Assembly: GCA_002633005.1 (NCBI GenBank)
Contig: NMRA01000166.1
Span: 124,001-188,000 of the forward strand
Length of the DNA: 64,000 bases
Direction of reading: 5' to 3'
Origin: Phoronis australis
Taxonomy: Eukaryota; Animalia; Phoronida
Below are positions 52,928-64,000 of this stretch, one piece after another. Position 1 is the first letter of the stretch. Each line of letters starts with the position of its first letter. The notes below the pieces were generated by a model, which made no database searches, was not told the DNA's origin, and worked only from the letters and a program-made list of their open reading frames with translations. The position numbers and the translations under genes are program-made.

Positions 52928-55900
52928 TTAAAACTCAAATGTGACGACACCACAGTCTGTGATTTTTACATCCTTCACAGGTCGTTCATTGTATGTTTCT
53001 TGCTCTTCTATTTTCTTAAGTACTTCTGTACCTTCAATGATTTGGCTGAAACGATAAAAAGCAGTGAGACAACTGGAGTAAACCCTTTTGAAAACAAAAA
53101 GTTACAACAAACAAAAACTTGAAACCCTGTGAGCATTTAATAAAGAAACCTAAGTGGAGTTTTCAATAAGAATTTACTAATGTTATAATAAACATATTAA
53201 TTAGAAACAATGTCCTTAAAATATAGATGCTGTCTGAATAAAATACACAAAGAGCTTAATTCATTCATTTTTTACTATGTCAATTTCAAGATCTTCAGTT
53301 ATGTAGTGTAACTCTATTTTACAAACATCGATGCACTAAGTACAACTACCCGAAAGTAGTTTTCAATGGAATTAATTCATTTGAAATGAAGCTATTTAAT
53401 TGAAATAGGGTAGGGAGAGGCAGAGGAGAAGAAGGCAAGCAGTTTTCACATCTCTCTCAAATAACAAGTACCTCCTAATTAATTTCATACATGAGCACAT
53501 TCCAGTAATGCTCAATCTACAAACAAAATGTCAATGTGATAACCAAAATGTCAATGGCAATTTACCATAAAAATTGTAAAAATTGTACAACGGACTTAAA
53601 ACAATTTCAAAAAAATCAGAACCTGATCTACCAAACTCAGTGGGTTAATTTGACAATCAGATCATAACAGAATCCTCTTACCCAAAGGCAACATATTTCG
53701 TGTTCATCCACTCTGTTGGTTGTAAAGTGATATAAAACTGAGACCCGTTAGTATGTCTCCCTTTGTTTGCCATTCCTAATATCCCCCTCCTGGAGTGTTT
53801 GACAGCAAAATTTTCATCTGAAACAAATGCCAATTGAAGCTAACACAAGAAGTAAGTGCTTATATTATACAAAACACTCCCAGCCAACAAAAGTTATTAT
53901 CTAATATCACAAACACATTTGTTGATAAAAAGTCGGAGAACTGACAAAGATATGCCTAAAATCACATTTACTTCATCAGTACAAAATTCTGTTGATGATC
54001 CTTTTTTATTTTATGCATTACTATAATTTCATGCTTAATTTTAGTAAACACAAGTATACCATTTTGCAATTATGTGTACAAATGCTAGCCTTAGAAGGCA
54101 GTGGTCAGAATTTCAGTTTATTCTTACCTTCAAAGACTTGACCGTAAATCGACTCCCCACCATCACCTGCACAGGGATGGTAGATATCTGTAAAAGTAAA
54201 GTTAAATCAGGAAAAATAATCATGCCAAAATAATGGGAGATAAATTATGACTTTCTTTGCAAAACTTACTAATCTTGACACACCCCAATAATGTTATCTT
54301 TTGAAGGATTTTGATGTTCACATTTACCCCACCCATTTTTATAGTTTGACTGTGTTCCACGTGTCTTGCTTTTAACAATGGCATAGACTTTATTGTAACT
54401 TGCACACTTGTTGTTTAGTCCAAAACATGTTCAAACAATTCAAACATTTATTTATAAGATGTGCATCTTACGTCATTCGACCAGGACAATCACAACACCC
54501 TGGCTAGTTGACCTGCCTGAACACTAGATGTCATCACATCTATATGTAAAGTAAACTGGATATGATTCTGCAACAGTTCGGTAACAGCAAGTGGCATAGT
54601 GGTACGTCATCTGACATCTCATTGTGTGAGACCATTACATTTACGTAACCACGAGACAACTAGATTGCATATATTCTTGGCAATGAGAGCTGTGGAAGGG
54701 TCTGTTCAACTCTTTGCGAACGTTTTTTGACAGGATACATGCACACATCCGTTAGAGAGCACTGACTTAACTTTTAGATCAGCAACTAGACTAATAGAAA
54801 ACTTAAATTTCTAAAGTCATAGGTGACAAGGGTGACTGCATCAAGTTAAGCATGTTTGGGTAATTGCCCACCCCATTCCTTCAAACTTCTGATTCCAGCA
54901 CCTATCTCTGGTTAATCGCCCACCCTGACTTCTGGGCTTGCCAATTTAAGCACCCAGGGCATCAACTCAGATGATTAGAGCACTGTCATAAACTAATTTT
55001 TCCACACTGACTACGTTATGAAAGATGAAAACAGCTGATAGAGGTCAAATGTGTAGGAAAATCAGGAAATGACAGCACATACCAGCCATAAACCTTTGTT
55101 TCAAATATCACCAAAATATGTCGAGCCATTATAACAGTGATCGATGGACAAGGCAAATCTTTTCAGAAACATGGCCTACAGGAGGTGCTAGTATAGTTGA
55201 CCCCATCAAAATTTCAAAACCAAGTTTAAATTTAACTTTAAGGCACAGAAGACAACTACAAAAATCTGTTTAAAGTTAGATGAAGGCAATTTTCACTTTT
55301 TACTGCATAAAGTACAACCCACTTGAGACAAAGTTAAATAAAATTTGCCCCTGGTCATGCTCAAAGCACAAACCTCCTCCTTGGGCCCAGCCATTCCTGA
55401 CTATCCTGTGAAATACCGTTCCTTTGTAGCACAGATCTCGCTCAAAGCCAGATAATTCAGATGATCCTTTCTCACCAGTACACAGGCATCTGAAGTTTTC
55501 ACATGTTCTGGGTACCAAGTCACAAAATAGCTGAAAACCCAAAGAGAATGAGATTAAGAAAAATTCAATATTCTTGTCTTATGTCAAAGTACTAAATAAA
55601 ACTCGGAGGAAATTATTTTTAAAAATCTTTGAACAGGGACAACAATAATTTTGATAAAATTGCCATTTTGCTATTTTCCATTAAGCCAAATGCTCAAACA
55701 TTACAGACAGATTTTGCAAACCATGCTAACAACAAAAAATATTTCTCAAAGGTTATTTTGTTGAAAATTTGTATAACAACAGAATGAGATAAAAAAATTA
55801 GCCATACACTCGTTTTTCATTATAACAAAAACCAACTTATCTAGTTAATAAAATTAATTTTAGACAAAAGAAACCAATCTACAGAGATTTGGAAATAAGA

Positions 55901-58092
55901 GCCGTTACAATATTTATATTACCTCTATCAACAATCTGCCAATTGGTTCATCACTGACTGCAATGTCCATATACACAAAGTCATGCTGAAACGAAAGCGG
56001 CAAAGTTGAAAGGCGATATCAATGTTCAATTACAAAGATGTGATTAAATTCTTTTCAGTTCTTGCCTAACCATGTATACCTTAATTAATTCTATAGAAAA
56101 TTACTTTCTCAGTTATAATGAAAGTCTTTGTGTATTGACATTTTGTTTTTCAAGCTCTCTAACACCAGTGGATCACGTGCTGGGCAAAACAATATTTATC
56201 TTCATAAAAATAAACAGATTGATTTTGAAACTTTCAGCGCAAGTTTCCTTTATCCCTTATGATGCTAGTGCAAAATGATTACCAACAGAAAATGCTTTAT
56301 CAATAAAGAAATAATTGAAGATATTAGATCGTTCAAACTTTAATTTCCACACCTGTTACCATAGCAATGACACAATGAGTATTTTGTGATTGCTAAATTG
56401 AACCTTTTCAGCCCAACTTACCTTTGAGTCATTTAACTTTTGTTTGTAAGCATGCTCGGCTAAGGTTTTATACAGCGGGAAAGGCCTGAAGTCTTTGTAT
56501 CCATACTGATCTTCAGCCCATTTCCTGAATTCATATGGCCCACCACATAAGTTGTTATTTACAAACACGATGCACTTGTCACTGAAAACCCAGGTCTCTC
56601 CTTTTATCTCCTGAAACAAAACCAAAGAATATGGAATTACAACCATGTGTACAGCAAGATGGTCGTCGTTCAACAGATACTGCAACACTAAACACATTGG
56701 ACCAGTTAAGTATCATCAAGGAAACTAGAAGCAAGTGCACAAGTAGCTGGCACCTTTGTTGCTTTTTTCTCAGCTGTTCCAAATAAAAAGCTGGTCGGGG
56801 GGGAGGCTTCATGTTGACATTGAAAGCAGATTTGAATACACAATTTTGGTTTACAAACTCTCAATACTCGGACCTCGTGTGTGAATTAGCTTACAGCATC
56901 GTCAAAAATGAGATGAGGAATTATTGTTACAACAAATGTGTAGACTAGCTAGTAGTTTCACTAAAAGTGATATCCATATGAAGACTGAGATTTGAACTGG
57001 CCACAACTGGTTGAGAAATGTTATTCAAAGCAGTACATCTCTGATCTAAATTGTTTTGTCCATGCAAACCAGTGCAGAAAATATATTTGTTTCAATTAAT
57101 CAGTGCCAAAGACTCTTACCCTTTTCTTTTCTTCAATAAATAAATCCCACTCAAACTCAAACATTCCTGTGATGACTGGTGGCGCCACCTCTTCACCATG
57201 GTCATTGTGCAGGTCCTGCAAACAGAACAGGGTATAGTCTCTCTCAGATCTAAAACATAACAAACACAAGTAGTAACAACACATGTAATCTCTGTGTTGC
57301 GTGACCCTCATGGAGGACCATTCAAAGAATAGTACTGATTATTTTCTCTACAATAGACCACACTGATGTGTAGCACTGATCATCAACTCTAAAATACACC
57401 AGTGATGAGGCACTTTATGAGTTTATCTCATTACACAGGCTGAACTACAAACACAGAACCCTTCTACTGGAAACAGCTGAGATTTGAACAGCTAGCAGTT
57501 TACCACACTGGCTCCTGGGCTTTTATAACTGTCTTGTTTTGTTTCAGGATTACTTAACAAAGATGGATGTAAATGATAGAACAGCCTACAATTAATCCAT
57601 AAAAATACATGTGCTGCGGACCACTATGGTTGATAAAAGTTGAATCATCTGGTGTTAACTTGGGTTTGCATTTATTCCCGTGAACATTGTCTGGTTACAC
57701 GTTGTGGCTATGTCAAGTCAGAGATTCAAAAAGCTCTGTTGTAATCTCCAAGCAGTAATAACCGATTTCGACAACAAGACAATCACTGATCATGCACGTG
57801 CTAGATACACTTCACTCCACAAATTGATTAGTCACAAGTCAGTGGAAGCTTAGACTAGTCTATACTGAGTAGTCGAGTCATGCAGGAGACAGAATCAGAG
57901 ATAACACCAAACAATTCCACAAATTAATTGCGTCGTAAACACAATGAGGAGGATTTTAATGAAAATCCTTTGCTCTATTAAATTTCCTAACTACATGTCC
58001 GAAGATTTTCAACAGACCTCAGCAGTGCACTTCGCTGAGTGAAATGGCAAATCGCTCAGCAAGCCAACAACTTCGATTGCCACAGTCGCCAT
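52928..58092 (-). CDS. PPIL6: Peptidyl-prolyl isomerase-like 6 (cyclophilin family), complete, 8 coding exons, 297 aa
   Basis: Exons: 58018-58092, 57120-57215, 56422-56610, 55923-55985, 55374-55530, 54128-54187, 53682-53817, 52928-53045 (894 nt, GT-AG). PPIL6-type N-terminus (IEVVGLL, EFEW...EKKREIKGETW) and cyclophilin domain ([47 protein letters not shown]). Confidence 0.93.
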
Positions 58093-58096
58093 TTTT

Positions 58097-58111
58097 GTTG
58101 TCCTTAGAAAC
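58097..58111. promoter_or_regulatory. RFX X-box-like palindrome immediately upstream of PPIL6 ATG
   Basis: GTTGTC-CTT-AGAAAC resembles the GTNRCC(N0-3)RGYAAC consensus with one mismatch per half-site. Confidence 0.5.
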
Positions 58112-58119
58112 GATCTGTT

Positions 58120-58135
58120 ACACTAGATGGCGCTG
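58120..58135 (+). promoter_or_regulatory. CTCF-like motif near PPIL6 start
   Basis: ACACTAGATGGCGCTG closely resembles the CTCF core CCACYAGRKGGCRC. Confidence 0.45.
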
Positions 58136-59060
58136 TATCCTTCAGTCTCATTGCCAAGTTATTGCTTGGGCTAAGGGAAGTAGTCCCTACCGTACAGACG
58201 GGACATGCTGCTAAGATTTTTTTCCAAGGCCAGATTTCCGAATTAATTCCAACGATTTCATGAAATTACTCGATTTGGCTATCGGGAGCAAAATAATAAA
58301 TTTTCTGTTTCCACACTTAACAATTTATTTCGCACAAACTATGCCAGATAACGAGGCGTTTCTCGGGAACAAATTACCTGAACTAGTAAAATATGCTGCA
58401 ATGACCTAAAAACTTTAACTACATGATTGCGACTTTTCTTTAAAGTGACTGAGTGTCGATCAAAACTGTAGGCCCCTACTCCACCGTTATTGTATGTCTT
58501 TTAATTGATTCATGTGGGGACGACTGATGTTTTTACTATGTTTGTTTGTATAATTGTGCAAGTTCTTTTCTTCATATCTTTCTCTACATGTCTGTAAATA
58601 ATCGTTCTATAGCGTTTGTTGTATCGGTAACTAGCTCTTGTGTTGTTTTTCTTCATGCTACCTCTGTTACACCGATGCAAAATAAACATTTTACCCGCGT
58701 TTAGTACTTAGACTACTTACTTATTTCTTTCTCTCTTACTCTTACTAGTCCGTATGGAGATTTGGCTGCCCGCTACTCGGCACGGGAACTGACGGGCTTC
58801 AGGTCAGCCAGCCGCTCAAGGCTGTGTTCTGGTGCACGGCGGCAGCCTTAGTAAAGCATGCTATGATTTTGTTGCATTCGTGTGTCCTGGCGATCGGTAG
58901 GCCAAACTTGTGCGCGTTTTTGCGCGGCAGTCGTGGTGCAGTTTGGCGAGTAGCGCCGAACTGACACCTGGCGCAAACATCGGACTGAAGCTCTTCCCCA
59001 TATAAAGTTGTAAGCAGGTGTCGTTGCCTTCGATTAGGTGGTATCCTGAGTACTAATTCA

Positions 59061-59362
59061 CATGCGCGCACCAAGGGAAGGCTCGAACGAGCCCCCCCCC
59101 CCCCCCCCCNNNNNNNNNNNNNNNNNNNNNNNNNNNNNNNNNNNNNNNNNNNNNNNNNNNNNNNNNNNNNNNNNNNNNNNNNNNNNNNNNNNNNNNNNNN
59201 NNNNNNNNNNNNNNNNNNNNNNNNNNNNNNNNNNNNNNNNNNNNNNNNNNNNNNNNNNNNNNNNNNNNNNNNNNNNCTTGTCTTTCGTTTTCTCGGACTT
59301 TTTCTTTCTCTGAGGCGGACCTTTTTTGCCCAATTAGCCACTGCCTCCTGGGTGCGCGCATA
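59061..59362. mobile_element. CATGCGCGCACCC-family MITE ends flanking an assembly gap
   Basis: CATGCGCGCACC..GGCTCGAACGAGCCCC before the N run and CTGGGTGCGCGCAT after it. Confidence 0.65.
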
Positions 59363-60096
59363 ATTTCGTTTCGCGAGGGAAACCCGCACAAACTTCCTGA
59401 TTGTCGCGCGGCCTGAACCTGCACCACCGGTGCTCTCTTTCCGCCGGCGGAACAACCGGTGTGCAAACCTCCCAATCGGCGCAGTACCCGACTGCCGCAA
59501 GTACGCTGGATATGCAGGGGCCATGGGGGTACTGTACAGCGCCTGAGTAATCAGCCCGTCGGGATATAGCCGGCCGTGTCGTTATCAGTTTGACAGAGCA
59601 GAGCAATGTTTACATAGTCTAGCTCTCGTTTTGTTTGCTTTCCGTATGCTCACGTAATCCAGCAATTATATGTTGTAAACAGTGCACCTGACGCTAACCG
59701 ATATTTTAAAATACTATTTGCAAACGACTTTCAACAAATCCCGTGAAGCAGGTGTGTTTTGTATGAAACACTTTCACCAAAAAACTTCGAATGGAGAAGA
59801 ACGGTTGACTTTCAGAGAAATTAAACTTAACTTTCACCTGTTGATTCATTTGTGTGACTGTAAGCTCGACCAGCTTAACCACAGTATTATGTACCAACAC
59901 CAAAGGCGTGCTTGACAAGTTGAATCGAGCGTGCATGATTCTAGATTAGATCGTGATAGTGGATTTTTTTTATTTTTACACTCCAGGAGAATGGTACGTA
60001 ATGGTCACAGCCCTCCGGCGTCCCGAGTTTTCCCGTGTAGAATATCCAACTCCTGCCGACAATGGTTCTTTCAACACAGTTTACATTTTACTGTAG

Positions 60097-60352
60097 CATG
60101 CGCGCACCCGGGGGGGGCTCGAGGGGCTCGAACGAGCCCCCCATTTGGTGAAGTGGGCGAAAAGGTCCGCCTCAGAGAAACAAAAAGTCTAAGGAAACGA
60201 GACAAATGTCTAGTAAAGAGGTACAGACGCACAGTTCACAGTACTGAAGGTGGTAACCCGTTTTTTTAGTCCTCCAGCTTTTTTGTTAGCGCAAAAGGTC
60301 CACTTGGTCAGAAATTCGAGCCCCCCCAAACTAAAGGCTGGGTGCGCGCATG
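60097..60352. mobile_element. CATGCGCGCACCC-family MITE, 5-bp TSD
   Basis: TIR CATGCGCGCACCC ... GGGTGCGCGCATG, flanked by TGTAG on both sides. Confidence 0.85.
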
Positions 60353-62520
60353 TGTAGTCTAAATCATCCATAACACCATAACACGAAAAATTTCAGCCGA
60401 TTTCGAAAGGCAAGTTGAAATAAGATGCCTAATTATACAGTGAGCAGAGAAATGTAGCCTATACTTTATGACACCGGTCTTCAAGATCAATTATTGGAAT
60501 TCAATTTAGTACGTCGTTCAGAATCTTGACCATGCCTTGTATGAAAATGTTTTCATATTTGTGTCAAGGGGAACTTTAATCTACCTTGCCATACAGAATC
60601 AGTATGAACATGCCTCGATGATTACAAGGATCCCAGCGACGCCGCATTTGCAGACAAGTGGTCACAACGGTCGGGGGCAGTCGGGGTCGGGGGAGAGTTA
60701 TAGTGGTCGCAGGGTTGGGTGACAACATTGATGTTTACTGATCCAATAACAAATCTCTTGATCATGCTAGAAATCTGCGATGGCACTTAAAAGGTCACTA
60801 GTCTTGTTTTGGTGATTACTTTACTCAACCCTCGGCGTTCTGCCGGTCACCGCACTATGAGTGTTGCCAATGCATCATCAATTGGCGTCCGGTCACTTGT
60901 GTGATTAAAGCATGATGCAACTCAAACATTTGTGCAGTGGTTGCAAAGCTTTATTCTGCTTCAGAGTACGGGATGAGAAAGTCGTTTTTGTATATGTTAA
61001 TCATCAGTGGAACACGAAACCGGAAGTTTGGTATCCTTTTAACTGATGTTTCGCTGTTAACCTTTTCACGGATGTTTCGCTGTTGGCGCCGCTTTTTGAT
61101 TTTCGCTGATTTTGGAGAAATTCGTGCCTAAATGTTTCAACTATTGTTACTCGTTTATTTGCCTGTGTGTCTGATTGTTGATCACTGATACAGATGGCTG
61201 AGTTGTCCTTTTCACACGTGATGAACCTCGGCCAAGCCGGCGCCGGCGTCATCACTAAAGGATTTTTTTAAAGACATCAAAAATTCGACAACAAATATCC
61301 GGTAGCAGAGTCCATTGAATGGAAAATTAATAACAACACAATATTGTTAATTTAGTTTTATGCTGCGTGCTATGTCTCGCTCATGGCCAACAAATGCCGA
61401 TGCCAACTAAAACTTGGACTTCAAAGAGAATTACATGTTGGGACTCCAGCTAGGGTGGGGTATTGACCGGCAGCCCAGAGCACTTAGCATAGATGAACGA
61501 GGTACCAACATCTGACCACAGGAGCATGATTTAGAGTCCACCTCAGTATGTATAGAAATGGACGTCTGCCGTTCATTGTCTGCACTCTGGGTGTGACCCG
61601 GCCCTGGGGGCCTTACAAAGGGCCCAGAAAATGAGCTAGACTAGATAATCGAGTCACCGGCCAAAACTGATTTAAAACGAACAATAGTACCGCACTGAAC
61701 ACCGAATGACCCATGGCAGAAAAATTGCACTCTGGAATGGGTCCGGCAGAAACCAAAAAAGGACCTCCCCAAAAATGAGCTAGCACAATGACATTCGAGG
61801 TACCACACAAAACCAATTCCATATGAGTCAATACATGTCACAGATCACGAAACTCTCAAAAATCTCAACCACGATATGTCATGTTTGAGACAGTTAGATT
61901 TTCAAGGTATCGGTTTGAACTGATTTAAAACCAACAATCGTGCTGCACTGAACACCCAATGACCCCTGAAAGACAAATTTTACTCTGGAAATAGTCGGCC
62001 AGAAACCCAGAAAGGACATTGAAAATGGAGCTACAACTGTCCATGCAGCTTCCCCCTGCTAGTTCAAGTACTCGGGTAGGAAACCCAAACAACTGGACAA
62101 CAAGATGTTAAAAATTGCACAACGGAAATCGAAGTATACATATTCTCAATTGGTGACAAAAGTGGTGTATTAGTAATAAGTTAACTGCAAAAAATGGGAT
62201 CGCAAGAACAAAAACTAATTATAGAAAACTTTCGTTCACTAAAACTTGTGTTTACTCTCATGATCACAAGAAGCGAAAAGCAGACTGGTGTCAAAATGTA
62301 AGACAGTTAATTCGCCTAGTGGTAAGTTTTTGAAGAAATTTTACATGATGTCGAAATTCAGCGTAGTGTATAGTGTTTTAGTTTCGCGGAGACATTTTTC
62401 GATGGCCGATATAATGTCCTCCGTGATAAAATAAAAATCATCCCTAATTTGGTGAGCAGCCACGGTGGAGTCCCAATGCTATTTAAATAAATACATAAAC
62501 AACGACGTGTTTCGGTAACA

Positions 62521-63366
62521 AGGGGTCTCTCTGCAGCATTGCCTGTTCTGCATGCAATGACAGGGTGTGACGTCACAGTAGCACTGTATAGGAAAGGGAA
62601 AGTGAGGCCTCTGGGAATCCTGATGAAAGACTCATCTGGGACACTTATCAGCTTCTTCTCAGAGTTAATAAGCATAGATGTCCCAGACGAAAGAAAGTTA
62701 GAAGACATATGCCTCCTATTTAATGAAGGGAGGAGTCAAAGATGTCAATGAAGCGCCGATATCTGAAATTAATAGAGATGACTGGAAAAATAAACAAGGT
62801 AATAACTGTAATTGATAAAACATAGTTCATAAAAGCAACGAAAATAATTTTAAATGGTTTCATAGTATTAAACCAAAAGGCCCAGGCGGTTTCACGTCAT
62901 ACTTAAAAACAGTAAATGGTGGAGAGGTTTTAAGATTTTGTTCGTCAGCTCTTAGATAATTGGTCCCTCGTCCATTAAATTTTCTCAGTTTCAGGAAAAG
63001 TCGATGTCCAACATCAATAAAATTGACTGCGCACAGCCAATCTTTGGCATAGTTTCCTCCTTGCCGAAAGACACTGTTGAACTACCTCAAACGAACCCAT
63101 TTTTTGCCTTGCTCTGGGGTCAAGTGGATTCGGCCAAATCCGGGAAACGGTTGGATCCTCTTACCTACGGTTGGAAGGTACAAGATGGATACTACACTCC
63201 CGAATGGTTTTGTGGTTCTGCCGTTCTTGATGTCCTTTTCGAAGGTGCTGGTCTTGTACAAGAAAACCAAGCCGATCAAGAGGTACCGTAATTGGACTAA
63301 GACGAAACAAGCAAGCCCGAATCAAGCTGGAGTAGCAGTGACGAATCTGATATTGAAACGTATTAA
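62521..63366 (+). pseudogene. Decayed transposon gene with XPG/FEN1-like H3TH motif (Academ-like)
   Basis: ALPVLHAMTGCDVTVALYRKGKVRP, a frameshifted KDVNEA/RYLKL segment, an apparent intron at 62799-62994, then IDCA..LDPLTYGWKVQDGYYTPEWF and a frameshifted acidic Ser-rich tail. Confidence 0.6.
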
Positions 63367-63849
63367 AACTAACAGGAAACTACTGTTGACATTAAACATA
63401 TACAACTAGTAGCTTGATGTTCTAGTCGATACAGTGATTTTAATTATCTGTTACAATGCTGTTTGAAAGTGTTGCTTTATTTCATGTAGTTTATTTTGAT
63501 TAAAGAAGGTTTTTAAAAACACGTCTGTTACTTTTCTTTCAACGTAATGCTTAGTAGTCAATGGGATGAAAGAGCTCTTTGGAAATAATTTTCGTGACTC
63601 CTCGATCTAGCGCAAATTTAGGGGCCATATGTTTTCGCTGACGTATCCTTTCTGCTGGCAGTTTTGATAGCGTTTTATATTTTACACAATCTGCGTTCTT
63701 AAACTTCATTGAGTGGGTTGGTAATAGACAGTTCCTGGTATCCCAAAGTTTTACTGTTATCAGGTACTTTCCAAAATGCTCCACCATCATCCATTTGACA
63801 ACCAGTGTGAGAGCTCAGTAGACGCAAAAGTATAAACTCATCTAATATG

Positions 63850-64000
63850 CAGTGGCGGATTTAGGGGGGCAAGGGGGCCATGTCGCCACCCCCCCTAAAA
63901 NAAACAAAGCATAGGCCCTGAACACACCCCGTTTAAACCGTTTGTTTTAGTCAACAGGTCCGCAAACCTAAAATTCGGGACCTCTGCATCCCCACAATTA
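63850..64000. mobile_element. Left end of CAGTGGCGGATTTAGGGG-type MITE
   Basis: Terminus is a near reverse complement of the end at 10225-10244. Confidence 0.55.

Noticed and set aside
58799-59524. 241-aa and overlapping ORFs
   Set aside because: They run through an N gap and MITE sequence.

Overview
This is AT-rich, intron-rich eukaryotic genomic DNA from an invertebrate animal (species not determinable from the sequence), so most entries in the six-frame ORF track are spurious. Four spliced genes were reconstructed by hand from GT-AG junctions: the last two coding exons of MAP3K4/MEKK4 (+), a CD164/endolyn-like sialomucin (+, first exon not found), a complete 16-exon DNAJC11 (-, 559 aa) and a complete 8-exon PPIL6-like cyclophilin (-, 297 aa). 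A decayed XPG-type (Academ-like) transposon gene lies near the 3' end. Introns and intergenic DNA contain many non-autonomous DNA elements (TA-, 8-bp- and 5-bp-TSD MITEs, DINE-1/HINE-like elements), minisatellites and tRNA-derived repeats. I found no clearly new multi-gene system. The best leads are a HINE-like element carrying arrays of CTCF-like motifs, a TG..CA unit containing a tRNA-like promoter, a duplicated splice donor in DNAJC11, and CD164-PPIL6 linkage matching human 6q21. All family calls rest on recognised motifs, not database searches.
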